Of a stretch of 64,000 bases of DNA, positions 27,886-36,969 are shown in pieces. Position 1 is the first letter of the stretch. Every line of letters starts with the position of its first letter. The notes under the pieces were generated by a model. The model saw only the letters and a program-made list of their open reading frames with translations. It made no database searches and had not been told where the DNA came from. Location of the stretch: the NCBI RefSeq assembly GCF_014287675.1, contig NZ_JACOPQ010000002.1, positions 168,649-232,648 on the forward strand, given 5' to 3'. The stretch comes from Lawsonibacter faecis (GTDB taxonomy: Bacteria > Bacillota > Clostridia > Oscillospirales > Oscillospiraceae). The position numbers and the translations under genes were made by a program.

Positions 27886-30042
27886 ATGCCCGGACAGAAA
27901 AGCATCGACACGAGATACACCCAGGAGCGGGAGCTCTCCTGGCTGCGGTTTAACGAGCGGGTCATGGACGAGGCCTGGGACGAGAGCGTCCCTCTCTTCG
28001 AGCGGCTCAAGTTCGCCGCCATCTTTACCAGCAATCTGGACGAGTTCTTCATGATCCGCGTGGGGTCCATCTACGACATGACCCTCATCAAGCAGACCCA
28101 TGTGGATTCCAAGAGCGGCATGACCCCGGCGGAACAGCTCAGGGCCATCTTCAAGGCGGTGGCCCCCCTCTACAAGCAGCGGGATAAGCTCTTCTCCCAG
28201 CTGGAGGCCCGGCTGCGCTCCTGCAACATCTGCAGTCTGTCCATCGGCGAGCTGGATACGAAGGAGCGCAAGCAGGTGGAGCGGCATTTCCGGGACTACA
28301 TTCTGCCCGTCCTCTCCCCCCAGGTGGTGGACGCCCACCACCCCTTCCCCCACCTGCCGTCCAAATCCCTGAACATCGCCCTGGCCCTGCGCCGGGACGG
28401 GCAGAACTATTTCGGGCTGGTGCCCGTGCCCAAGGCCCTCTCCCCTTTCCTCACCCTGGAGGAGAGGGGCGTGCGGTATGTGATGACCGAGCAGATCGTC
28501 CTGCACTACGCCGACGCCCTCTTCGAGTCCTACGAGGTGCTGGGCAAATGCGTCGTCTCAGTCACCCGGAACGCCGACATCAGTCCGGAGGACGAGGACT
28601 GCGAGGTGGGCGACGACTTCCGCCAGCACATGAAGAAGGTGCTTAGAAAGCGATCCCGCCTGGCTCCGGTGCGGCTGGAGGTCCAGGGCGAGGCCCCGGA
28701 GTCGCTGACGGAGTACCTCCGCGTCCGGCTGGCGCTGACGGGCGAGCAGGTTTTCAGGACCAGGGCCCCCATCTCCATGGGGTACGTCTACGCCCTGGAG
28801 GGCAGGCTCCCGGCGGAGAGCGCCGCCGCCCTCTGTTACCCGCCCTATACCCCCCGCTGGCCCGCCGGGCTGGTACGGGGGGAGAAGATCATCCCCCAGG
28901 TGCTGCGGCGGGATCTGCTGCTCTACTACCCGTTCCACTCCATGGACCCCTTCCTCCAGATGGTGCGGGAGGCGGCAAACGACCCTGACGTGCTGTCCAT
29001 CAAGATTACCATCTACCGGCTGGCCTCCAAGGCCAAGCTCATCGAGTACCTGGCCGCCGCCGCCGAAAACGGCAAGGACGTGACGGTGCTCATGGAGCTG
29101 CGGGCGCGGTTTGACGAGCAGAACAACATCGCCTGGGCCGAGCGGCTGGAGGACGCGGGGTGCACGGTGCTCTACGGGTTCGAGGGGGTCAAGGTCCACT
29201 CGAAAATCTGCCTCATCACCCGGCGCGAGCGCACCCACATCCAGTACATCACCCAGATCGGCACGGGCAACTATAACGAGAAGACGGCGAAGCTGTACAC
29301 CGATTTCTGTCTCGTCACCGCCAACCCGGCCATCGGGGTGGACGCAGCCACCTTCTTTCAGAATATGTCCACCTCCAACCTGGACGGCGAGTACCGCCAG
29401 CTCCTGGTGGCCCCTCACAGCCTCAAGCCCAGGCTCACGGCCCTCATCGACGGCGAGATTGAGAAGGCCCGCCAGGGCAGGGACGCGGGCATCTTCATGA
29501 AGGTGAACTCGGTCACCGACCGGGCGCTCATCGACAAGCTGGCCGAGGCCAGCCAGGCGGGGGTGGACGTGACGCTCAACGTACGGGGCATCTGCTGCCT
29601 GCGGCCCGGGGTGCCGGGGCTCACCGACCGCATCCGGGTCTTCTCCGTGGTGGGGCGCTTTCTGGAGCACCCCAGGGTGTATGTCTTCGGCCGCGGGAAG
29701 GACGCAAAGGTCTACATCGGCTCCGCCGACCTGATGACCCGGAACACCGAGCGGCGGGTGGAGTTGGCCTGCCCCGTGCTGGACGAGGGCGTACGGCGGC
29801 AGATAGGCCACTATATGGAGCTGCTCACCGGGGACAACGTTAAGGCCAGGGTCATGGGGAGCGACGGGTGCTGCTTCCCTATCCCCCGGAAGGGGGACGC
29901 GCCCCTGGACGCCCAGCAGGCCATGATGGAGGAGGCCGTACGGGAGGAGCCCGGGGCCGCCGTCCCTGCCGGCCCGCCCCAGAGCGCCGGCAGGGGGTTT
30001 TCCTTTGCAGAGGTTCTGGCAAGGCTGCGGAGAAAGAAATAG
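27886..30042 (+). CDS. ppk: Polyphosphate kinase 1
   Basis: ELSWLRFNERV, FTSNLDEFFMIRV and two PLD-like HKD regions; RBS ggaggtg. Start set at the second ATG. Confidence 0.9.
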   Translation: MPGQKSIDTRYTQERELSWLRFNERVMDEAWDESVPLFERLKFAAIFTSNLDEFFMIRVGSIYDMTLIKQTHVDSKSGMTPAEQLRAIFKAVAPLYKQRDKLFSQLEARLRSCNICSLSIGELDTKERKQVERHFRDYILPVLSPQVVDAHHPFPHLPSKSLNIALALRRDGQNYFGLVPVPKALSPFLTLEERGVRYVMTEQIVLHYADALFESYEVLGKCVVSVTRNADISPEDEDCEVGDDFRQHMKKVLRKRSRLAPVRLEVQGEAPESLTEYLRVRLALTGEQVFRTRAPISMGYVYALEGRLPAESAAALCYPPYTPRWPAGLVRGEKIIPQVLRRDLLLYYPFHSMDPFLQMVREAANDPDVLSIKITIYRLASKAKLIEYLAAAAENGKDVTVLMELRARFDEQNNIAWAERLEDAGCTVLYGFEGVKVHSKICLITRRERTHIQYITQIGTGNYNEKTAKLYTDFCLVTANPAIGVDAATFFQNMSTSNLDGEYRQLLVAPHSLKPRLTALIDGEIEKARQGRDAGIFMKVNSVTDRALIDKLAEASQAGVDVTLNVRGICCLRPGVPGLTDRIRVFSVVGRFLEHPRVYVFGRGKDAKVYIGSADLMTRNTERRVELACPVLDEGVRRQIGHYMELLTGDNVKARVMGSDGCCFPIPRKGDAPLDAQQAMMEEAVREEPGAAVPAGPPQSAGRGFSFAEVLARLRRKK

Positions 30043-30111
30043 GCTGAAAAGAGGCCGCTGCATTCCGATGCAGCGGCCTCTTTTCAGCCTATGGACCCCA
30101 TGGGCCGACGC

Positions 30112-30942
30112 TCAAAGCGCCAGGGCGTTATAAAGCAGGACAGACCCGCCGAAGAGGAGGTAGACATGGGCGGGATAGAAGGCGTAGAAAAAGGCCTTCA
30201 TGCTTCTGCCCCGGCGGCCGTTGTAGAGGAGGAAAAAGACCCCGGCGAAGGCGGCCATCCACTCGTAGAAATCGGTGAAGAGGAGCATCCACGCGCCGCC
30301 CGCCATGGCCCAGACGGCGTACACGTTCCACCCCACATAGACCACGGCCAGGGCGGCGGCCTGGAGGCCCCGGCGGTTTTTCAGCAGATACATCAAAATG
30401 CCGCTGATGAGGAAGGGAATCCCGCCCTCGGTGAGGAAGGGCAGGGGGAACACGGTGCACTCCGCCAGGAAGGCCCAGCCCATCACCGTGGGCGGCAGGG
30501 GCACCCGGGTGAGCACGGCAAAGAGCGCGAAGGGCACGGCCAGGGCCAGGACGCCGGGAATCCACTTTCTGTCCCGCAGCCAGTCCATGCCCTGCCAGAG
30601 GACGATGAGCACCGCAAAGGTGGCGAAGATATTGTTCTGGGGGATAAAGCCGTCGGCCCGGCCAAAGCCGAAAACGGCCATGAAATAGTTTACCGCGCCC
30701 ATCACGGCGCCGATGGCCCAGCAGCGCAGAAAGTACTTCCTCTTGCTGCGGGTATGGGTATACCCCTCAATCACGATGAAGAGGAAGATGGGGGCGGAGA
30801 GCCGCCCCAGCATGCTGAAAAAGGTGGGGATAACGCCGGTGAAGTCAAAGAAATAGTGGATATGGTCCAGGACCATCAGGACCAGTGCGATGACCTTGAG
30901 CTGGAAGCCGGTCAGACCGAATCTGGATTGGGCGAGCTGCAT
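30112..30942 (-). CDS. TraX family membrane protein
   Basis: MQLAQSRFGLTGFQLKVIALVLMVLDHIHYFF is a TraX signature; RBS gggagga. Confidence 0.7.
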   Translation of the reverse strand: MQLAQSRFGLTGFQLKVIALVLMVLDHIHYFFDFTGVIPTFFSMLGRLSAPIFLFIVIEGYTHTRSKRKYFLRCWAIGAVMGAVNYFMAVFGFGRADGFIPQNNIFATFAVLIVLWQGMDWLRDRKWIPGVLALAVPFALFAVLTRVPLPPTVMGWAFLAECTVFPLPFLTEGGIPFLISGILMYLLKNRRGLQAAALAVVYVGWNVYAVWAMAGGAWMLLFTDFYEWMAAFAGVFFLLYNGRRGRSMKAFFYAFYPAHVYLLFGGSVLLYNALAL

Positions 30943-31035
30943 GATAATTCCTCCCTTGCTTGTTGCAGCAAGTATAGCAAGGGGGTATAAAGAAAGATTA
31001 AAGCAGGAGATAAAAAGAGGTAAAGCGCGCCCGGG

Positions 31036-31210
31036 CAGCTTGTCAGGGAAGCCCCAGGGGGCTTCCCTGACAAAAGGCCGCATGACGGCTGGGGCCCGAT
31101 TTTTAGGAAAAAGTCGCCCCAGCCGTCATGAGAAGCGTCATTTCCGAGGCCCATGTCCCCAGGAATGACGAATTTTAAATTGACTGCGTCGTCCGCGGAC
31201 GGCGCGGCTC
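31036..31210. repeat. Copy 3 (the most complete) of the dispersed two-hairpin intergenic repeat
   Basis: cttgtcagggaagcccc-aggg-ggcttccctgacaa hairpin; catgacggctggggc...gccccagccgtcatg 15-bp inverted repeat; gagaagcgtcatttc; cgtcgtccgcggacggcg hairpin. Confidence 0.8.
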
Positions 31211-31289
31211 CGCAAGGCTTGCTCTGCGGAGATTTTTGACAGTCCGGGGCGCGCCGCCGGAGGGTTCCGGCGGCGCGCCTCTCCGCGGG

Positions 31290-32711
31290 TCAGGTCTCGG
31301 GCTTCTCCTCAGGCGCGGGGGCGGGGGCCGCGGCCGCGGGCGCCTCGTCCTTCTTCTCGCCCAGGAACTTGGGCAGGTTCATGCCCGCCATGTCGAACAT
31401 CTCGCTCATGGGGGGGATGGACTTCATCAGGCCGGAGATATATCCGGCGGTGCCGGTCTTGCCGTCCTGGCTCTGGCCGCCGTCCCAGACGGTGACCTTG
31501 TCGATCTTCACGTTCTTGATGGCGTCCACCTGGATGCGCATGAGGGTCTCCATCTTGTCGGCCAGCAGGAGGCGGACGGCCTCGTCGGCGTCGCCGCCGG
31601 CGGCGGCCACGATCTCCCGGAGGCCTTCGGCCTGCTTGAGCAGAATGGCCTGGGCGCCCGCGGCCTCGGCCTCCATCTTGGCGCGGATGGCGTCGGCCTC
31701 GCCCTGGGCCTTGCGGCGGATCTGCTCGGCCTCGGCCTCGGCCTCCAGCTCCTTGCGGCGCTTGTCGATCTCGGTCTTGACGATAATGTCGGCCTCGGCG
31801 GTGGCCTTCTCACGGGCGGCACGGGCGGCCTCCGCCTTCTGCTCGGCGGCGTACGCCTCCTCCAGGGCCTGGGCGGCGGCGATCTTCTCGGCGGCGGTGG
31901 CGATGCGGGTGGCCTCGGCCTCCTTCTCACGGCGCTGGGCGTTGCTCATGGCGACCTCCACCTTGGAGGAGTTCTCGCCCTGGATGGCGGTGGCGTCGGC
32001 CTGGGCCACCTGGACGCGCTGGTCACGGTGGGCCTGGGCCTCGCCGATGGAGCCGTCGCGGTCGCGCTCGGCCACGTTCTTCTTCGCGTCGTTGATAGCC
32101 TTGGCGGCGGCCTCCTTGCCCAGGGCGTCGATGTAGCCGGACTCGTCGGAGATGTCGGTGACGTTCACGTTAATGAGGCGCAGGCCGATCTTCTTCAGCT
32201 CGCCCTCCACGTTGCGGGAGACGGCCTCCAGGAACTTGTCGCGGTCGGTGTTGATCTCCTCGATGTCCATGGTGGCGATCACGAGGCGCAGCTGGCCGAA
32301 GATGATGTCCTTCGCCAGCTCCTGGATCTCCTGCAGCCGCAGGCCCAGAAGCCGCTCGGCGGCGTTTTGCATGATGCCGGGCTCGGTGGACACGCCGACG
32401 GTGAAGCGGCTGGGCACGTTGATGCGGATGTTCTGGCGGGACAGGGCGCTCTCCAGGTCCACGGAGATGGACATGGGAGTCAGGTCCAGGAACTCATAGG
32501 CCTGGATGACGGGCCAGATGAAGGACGCGCCGCCGTGGATGCATCTGGCGGATTTGCTGGAGCCGTCCTTGTTGCTGCCCACCTTACCGTAGATCACCAT
32601 GACCTTGTCCGAGGGGCATTTCTTATAGCGCTTGATCAAAAACAGCAGCAGAGAAAATAGGATTACGGCTGCGACGCAGATTAAAATCAGGGTGATAATG
32701 TTGTTAGGCAT
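31290..32711 (-). CDS. Flotillin / SPFH (band-7) family protein with a long Ala/Glu-rich coiled coil
   Basis: N-terminal TM + SPFH core; EA-rich repeats (AEATRIATAAEKIAAAQALEEAYAAEQKAEAARAA...). Downstream of nfeD. Confidence 0.85.
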   Translation of the reverse strand: MPNNIITLILICVAAVILFSLLLFLIKRYKKCPSDKVMVIYGKVGSNKDGSSKSARCIHGGASFIWPVIQAYEFLDLTPMSISVDLESALSRQNIRINVPSRFTVGVSTEPGIMQNAAERLLGLRLQEIQELAKDIIFGQLRLVIATMDIEEINTDRDKFLEAVSRNVEGELKKIGLRLINVNVTDISDESGYIDALGKEAAAKAINDAKKNVAERDRDGSIGEAQAHRDQRVQVAQADATAIQGENSSKVEVAMSNAQRREKEAEATRIATAAEKIAAAQALEEAYAAEQKAEAARAAREKATAEADIIVKTEIDKRRKELEAEAEAEQIRRKAQGEADAIRAKMEAEAAGAQAILLKQAEGLREIVAAAGGDADEAVRLLLADKMETLMRIQVDAIKNVKIDKVTVWDGGQSQDGKTGTAGYISGLMKSIPPMSEMFDMAGMNLPKFLGEKKDEAPAAAAPAPAPEEKPET

Positions 32712-32809
32712 CGTGTTCCTCTCTTTCTTAATAACAGTGGGTGAAGGCTGCGGCGGGACGGTCCCGCCGCGCTATACGCTGCGGGCGGCTGGGGCGGAAC
32801 CGTTCTGCG

Positions 32810-33550
32810 TCACGGCTCCCCGGCGACGGACTCCACCACCAGGGTATCGCCGCCGGTGACGCCGGTGACCAGCACGTCCGCGCCGGTGGGGATGGGACGC
32901 TCCTCGTCGGTGACGGCCTCGAACTCCCGCAGCTGCTCCTGCACCAGAACGTTCACCTTGCCCGGGCCCATGCGCCCGGCGGGGACGGTGAGATAGACGC
33001 TGCCGGTCCGCCCCAGGGCGTTGCGGATGTCCAGAGTGCCGTCCGACTGGAGGCGCAGGGCCTCCCGCAGGATGACGGCCACGCTTACCATGCCGATGAC
33101 GCCGATCTGAACGGCCAGGAACAGCGCGATCAGCGGATGCATGCCCAGGGTGCAGAACAGCAGGCCGCTCCAGCCGAAGAGGGTGAAGAAGGTGACGAAG
33201 CCGCGGACGGTGAAGACGTTGAGGCCGGAGAAAAGTCCGGGCCCGTGGGCCTCGCCGCCGTCGGGCGCGTCCGCGTGGAGCTCCAGATGGTCGGGCACGC
33301 CGTCCCCGTCCAGGTCCAGGGATAGGCCGTCGGGCACGCCGTCCCCGTCCAGGTCCAGGGATAGGTCGTCGGGGACGCCGTCCCCGTCCAGGTCGGCGCC
33401 CTCCGCCCCGTCCGGGCCGTCGGCATCGTGGCCGCCGCCCAGCCCGATGAGCAGGAGCACCGTCTGGATGAGCAGGATGAGCGTCGCGGGAACTGCGACG
33501 TAGAGCAGCACACGCTCCAGCGCTGTCAGGGATTCCAGCCAGATGAGCAT
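32810..33550 (-). CDS. NfeD-family membrane protein (flotillin partner) with an inserted acidic DxDGDGVPD repeat loop
   Basis: C-terminal OB-fold (GRTGSVYLTVPAGRMGPGKVNVLV...VLVTGVTGGDTLVVE), two TM regions, and three DLDGDGVPDxLSL repeats. Confidence 0.75.
   Translation of the reverse strand: MLIWLESLTALERVLLYVAVPATLILLIQTVLLLIGLGGGHDADGPDGAEGADLDGDGVPDDLSLDLDGDGVPDGLSLDLDGDGVPDHLELHADAPDGGEAHGPGLFSGLNVFTVRGFVTFFTLFGWSGLLFCTLGMHPLIALFLAVQIGVIGMVSVAVILREALRLQSDGTLDIRNALGRTGSVYLTVPAGRMGPGKVNVLVQEQLREFEAVTDEERPIPTGADVLVTGVTGGDTLVVESVAGEP
33289..33395 (-). repeat. 39-bp coding tandem repeat (about 2.7 copies) encoding DGDGVPDxLSLDL
   Basis: cgtccccgtccaggtccagggataggccgtcgggcacgc repeated. Confidence 0.75.
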
Positions 33551-33659
33551 CGGCGCTCCCCTCCTTTCATATGGTTCATGGGGTATCCGCTCCTCTCCGG
33601 TGAGACGCTTCTGAAGAGATACCGTTTGACGCTTCTAGTTTGTGACAGATTCTTCCGAT

Positions 33660-34235
33660 TTATTTTAAAACAGCCGGGGCGTCCAGCTCCGCCAGCAGGC
33701 TCTCGGCCTCCTGCCTGTAGCGGGCGGCCATCAGCGCGGTGAGAATGACCGCCATGCTCCGGCTCACCCTGGTCCGGGCGCCCGGGCAGGGCTCGCCGTA
33801 GCCGTCCAGCGCATCGCTGCACCACTGCTCCAGCTCCGCCGTGTCCGGCATGGCCTCCCCCTCCAGCCGTCCGACCAGGCGGACAATGCAGGTATAGAGG
33901 TAGGAGTCGTCGATGAGGTCGTCGGACTCGTCCGAGAGGCTGCCGTTGAAGTAGGACAGCAGCTTGCAGATCTTATCCAGCTGGAGCGCATCCTTGAGCA
34001 TATTGATGATGAGGATGCGGCAGAACTGTCTGCGGCTGTATTTTTTGTGCTGGGGCGGGGAGAGAAACCCGCGCTTCACCCAGTTCTGGATGGTGTGGGT
34101 CTCCAGTCCGGTGAGCTGCACCACCTGGGACAGGGTCAGCCCCCCTGTGAGGAACAGCGGTGAGAGCAGCGCGTCAGCCGCGTCGGGCCGGCTGAGCTCG
34201 GTCTCCACCGTGGTTCCGGGCAGGTATTGCTTCAT
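33660..34235 (-). CDS. DUF1836-like protein with a MerR-type HTH
   Basis: LTLSQVVQLTGLETHTIQNWVKRGFL helix-turn-helix; RBS ggaggg. Confidence 0.6.
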   Translation of the reverse strand: MKQYLPGTTVETELSRPDAADALLSPLFLTGGLTLSQVVQLTGLETHTIQNWVKRGFLSPPQHKKYSRRQFCRILIINMLKDALQLDKICKLLSYFNGSLSDESDDLIDDSYLYTCIVRLVGRLEGEAMPDTAELEQWCSDALDGYGEPCPGARTRVSRSMAVILTALMAARYRQEAESLLAELDAPAVLK

Positions 34236-34409
34236 ATCATCCCTCCTATCGGCTTTGACGTCAGGGCGACGAGGCATTCAAAGTCGGCGGTCCGCCTCTT
34301 GTTTGTCGCCCCCCTTAAGGTAATTAGAGTATATCATACAGTCATTTGACTGTCAATAGAGTTTGATAAACTTTTGCCAATATTTTTTGGATACGGAAAC
34401 AGATATCAG

Positions 34410-34506
34410 GATGGAGGCGGAATGGGGCGGCTTTTCCCAAGAAACCGGGCTCCATCCGTCATACAGCCTGCTGTCAAAGAAGCCCCGCGGGGCTTTCTTG
34501 GCAAGC
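34410..34506. repeat. Copy 4 of the dispersed intergenic repeat
   Basis: atggggcggcttttcccaagaaaccgggctccatccgtcat + ctgtcaaagaagcccc-gcg-gggctttcttggcaag. Confidence 0.7.
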
Positions 34507-34561
34507 TGAACGCCCGCCCGGCGCAAATGCGCCGGGCGGGCGTTGGGTGCTCGTTTTGGAT

Positions 34562-36670
34562 TTATTCGCCGGTCACGGCGTTCTGGGCGGCCACACGGCC
34601 GTAGTAGACGGCGGAGCCGATGGCCATGCCGCAGCAGGGGTACTCGGCGTCGAAGAGGCCGGTGAAGGCCACCTCGCCCGCGGCGTACAGGCCGGGGATG
34701 GGCTGGTCGTTGGTATCCAGCACGTGGGCGCCGGTGTCGATCTCCAGGCCGCCGAAGGTGACGGAGGAGCCGGGGGTCATGCGGAAGGCGTAGTAGGTGT
34801 CGCCCTCCACGGGGATCATATACTCGGCGGGCTTGCCGAAGTCGTCGTCGCTGCCCTTGGCGCACAGCTCATTGTAGCGGTCCACGGTGGCCTTGAGGGC
34901 GGCGCCGTCCATGCCGATCTGGGCGGCCAGCTCCTCGATGGTGGCGGCGTGGGGCACGGACTCAATCTGAATGCCGCCGGCCAGGGTGGGATAGGGCTCC
35001 ACGCACTTGCCGTCCTTGGAGGCGGTGATGTAGTAGCCGCAGGTGCTGTCCGCGTCGGCCAGGGCCTGGGCCACATGGGACTGGTAGGTCCACTCGTCCA
35101 CCACGCGGTCGCCGTCCTCGGAGACGATGAGGCCGGACTCCTCGTTGATGCCGCAGTAGCAGTCGTAGCTGACGTAGACCAGCTGGAGGCCGGGGGCGTC
35201 GAAGTTCTTGGCGCCCACCGCCACGGCCATGTTCAGGCCGTCGCCCACATTGGTCATGGGCACGCCGGAGTAGACGTTGGTGGGCAGGAAGTCGTTGTAC
35301 TTGGCCAGCATCTCCTCGTTGTGGGCATAGCCACCGGTGGCGAGGATGACGGCGGGGGCGTTGACGGTAATCTTGCTGCCGTCGGCCTTCTCGGCCTTCA
35401 CGCCGACCACGGCGCCGGCGGCGTCGGTGATAAGCTCGGTGGCGGGGCAGTTATAGAGGATCTGGCCGCCGGCGTCCTCATAGGTCTTGGTGAGGGGCAC
35501 GCAGAACTGGCCGCCGTGGCCGCTGGTCTGGCCGCCGCCGCCCTTGACGTTGTGGACGCGCCAGGGGGTCAGGGAGGAGTGGATGGGCTCCACGTCCTGG
35601 ATCTGGACGCCCCGGTCCACCAGCCACTGGATGTTCTCGGCGGAGGCGTCGCAGAAGGTGCGGACCAGGTCCTCGTTCATAATGCCGTCCCGGTCGTAGC
35701 TCATGAGGAAGTCGTACATCATGTCGGGGGTGTCGGTGAAGTTCTGGGCCTCCTGGGTCGAGGTGCCCGCGCCCAGAATCTTGCCGCCGCTGCGGGTGGT
35801 GGAGCCGCCGGTGACGCCGGTCTTCTCCAGCACTAGGACGTTGGCCCCCGCCTCCCTGGCGGTGACGGCGGCAGACAGGCCGGCCGCGCCGGCGCCCACG
35901 ACGACCACGTCCACGTCGAAGGTCTCGTCGGCGGGGGCGCTCTTCTCCACCACGGCGCTCTTCAGGGCCTCGGCGTCGCCGCCGGCCTTGGTGACGCACT
36001 CAGCCACGGCCTGCTTGATGGCGTTGCTGGTGACGGTGGCGCTGGTGACGCTGTCCACCGCCAGGGACTGAGCCTCCACGATAGCGGGGCCCATGGTCTC
36101 CACGGGGGAGGTCTTCAGGCCGTAGCCCAGGCCGTAGGTCTCCGTGTGGTCCTTCACCTGCACGTCGGTGATGGAGGCGTCGTCAAAGGTGACGGCCACG
36201 GTCATCTCGCCGTTGTGGCCCTTGACGGAGGCCTCGTAGGTGCCTGCCTGGTAGCCGGCGGCCTCGGGGGCCTCCTTCCCCATGGCCTCGTCCAGGCACT
36301 TCTGGACGGCGGCCTTGATGGCGTTGCAGGTGAGGGTGGCGCCGCTCTCCGTGTCCACCTCGGTGGACTGGGCGTCCAGGATCTTGGTCTTCATGGGGTC
36401 GGCGGCCACGCCGCCGATGCTCTCGGTCTCCACGGACGCGTCGATCTGGATGTCGGTGATGGCGGTGCCGCTGACGGTGACCTCCACCTTCACGGGGCCG
36501 TTCATGCCCAGGGACTCGGCGGTATAGGTACCGGCCTTGTAGACCGCCTCGGCAGCGGGGGTCTGGCTGGGCGTCTCGGACGGCTTCGTGTCGTCGCCGC
36601 CGCAGGCTGCCAGGGAGAGTACCATAGCCCCGGCCAGCGCAAGGGACAGGAGCTTCTTTGTGTGCTTCAT
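34562..36670 (-). CDS. Lipoprotein flavoprotein reductase: two FMN-binding domains plus a fumarate-reductase/urocanate-reductase-like FAD domain; likely extracytoplasmic
   Basis: Lipobox LSLAACG. Rossmann motif VVVVGAGAAGLSAAV...GANVLVLEK...GGST in an FRD/SDH-flavoprotein-like fold. Tandem FMN_bind-like N-terminal domains. RBS aacggaggtg. Confidence 0.75.
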   Translation of the reverse strand: MKHTKKLLSLALAGAMVLSLAACGGDDTKPSETPSQTPAAEAVYKAGTYTAESLGMNGPVKVEVTVSGTAITDIQIDASVETESIGGVAADPMKTKILDAQSTEVDTESGATLTCNAIKAAVQKCLDEAMGKEAPEAAGYQAGTYEASVKGHNGEMTVAVTFDDASITDVQVKDHTETYGLGYGLKTSPVETMGPAIVEAQSLAVDSVTSATVTSNAIKQAVAECVTKAGGDAEALKSAVVEKSAPADETFDVDVVVVGAGAAGLSAAVTAREAGANVLVLEKTGVTGGSTTRSGGKILGAGTSTQEAQNFTDTPDMMYDFLMSYDRDGIMNEDLVRTFCDASAENIQWLVDRGVQIQDVEPIHSSLTPWRVHNVKGGGGQTSGHGGQFCVPLTKTYEDAGGQILYNCPATELITDAAGAVVGVKAEKADGSKITVNAPAVILATGGYAHNEEMLAKYNDFLPTNVYSGVPMTNVGDGLNMAVAVGAKNFDAPGLQLVYVSYDCYCGINEESGLIVSEDGDRVVDEWTYQSHVAQALADADSTCGYYITASKDGKCVEPYPTLAGGIQIESVPHAATIEELAAQIGMDGAALKATVDRYNELCAKGSDDDFGKPAEYMIPVEGDTYYAFRMTPGSSVTFGGLEIDTGAHVLDTNDQPIPGLYAAGEVAFTGLFDAEYPCCGMAIGSAVYYGRVAAQNAVTGE

Positions 36671-36703
36671 TGCGCACCTCCGTTAGTTTTGTCAACATCG
36701 TCA

Positions 36704-36724
36704 AAATGTTAACATTATGTTAAA
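36704..36724. promoter_or_regulatory. Overlapping palindromes (aatgttaacatt / ttaacattatgttaa) at the -10/TSS of the flavoprotein gene; putative repressor operator
   Basis: Read directly from the sequence; located between -10 TACAAT (36724..36729, minus) and the RBS. Confidence 0.4.
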
Positions 36725-36751
36725 ATTGTAACAGAATAGCGTTAAAAGTCA
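36724..36751 (-). promoter_or_regulatory. Promoter of the flavoprotein reductase gene
   Basis: -35 TTGACT, 16-nt spacer, -10 TACAAT on the minus strand. Confidence 0.5.
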
Positions 36752-36969
36752 AGATTACGTTTTTACAGTTCATCCAAAAATTAGTTGGTTTTCCAGTTGA
36801 ACCGTATGGGAGGGAGACGGGCGCGGATCGGCGTATCCGGGATACGTCCCCCCCTTGGGGACATCCCGGCCCGCCAGTCCGCGCCCGTGTCTTTTTCCAG
36901 TTAAATTTTCTCTTTTCCGCCCCATGGGCGGTCCCGCAGTGACCTTTGCCGCCGCGCCGGCGGCAAAGG

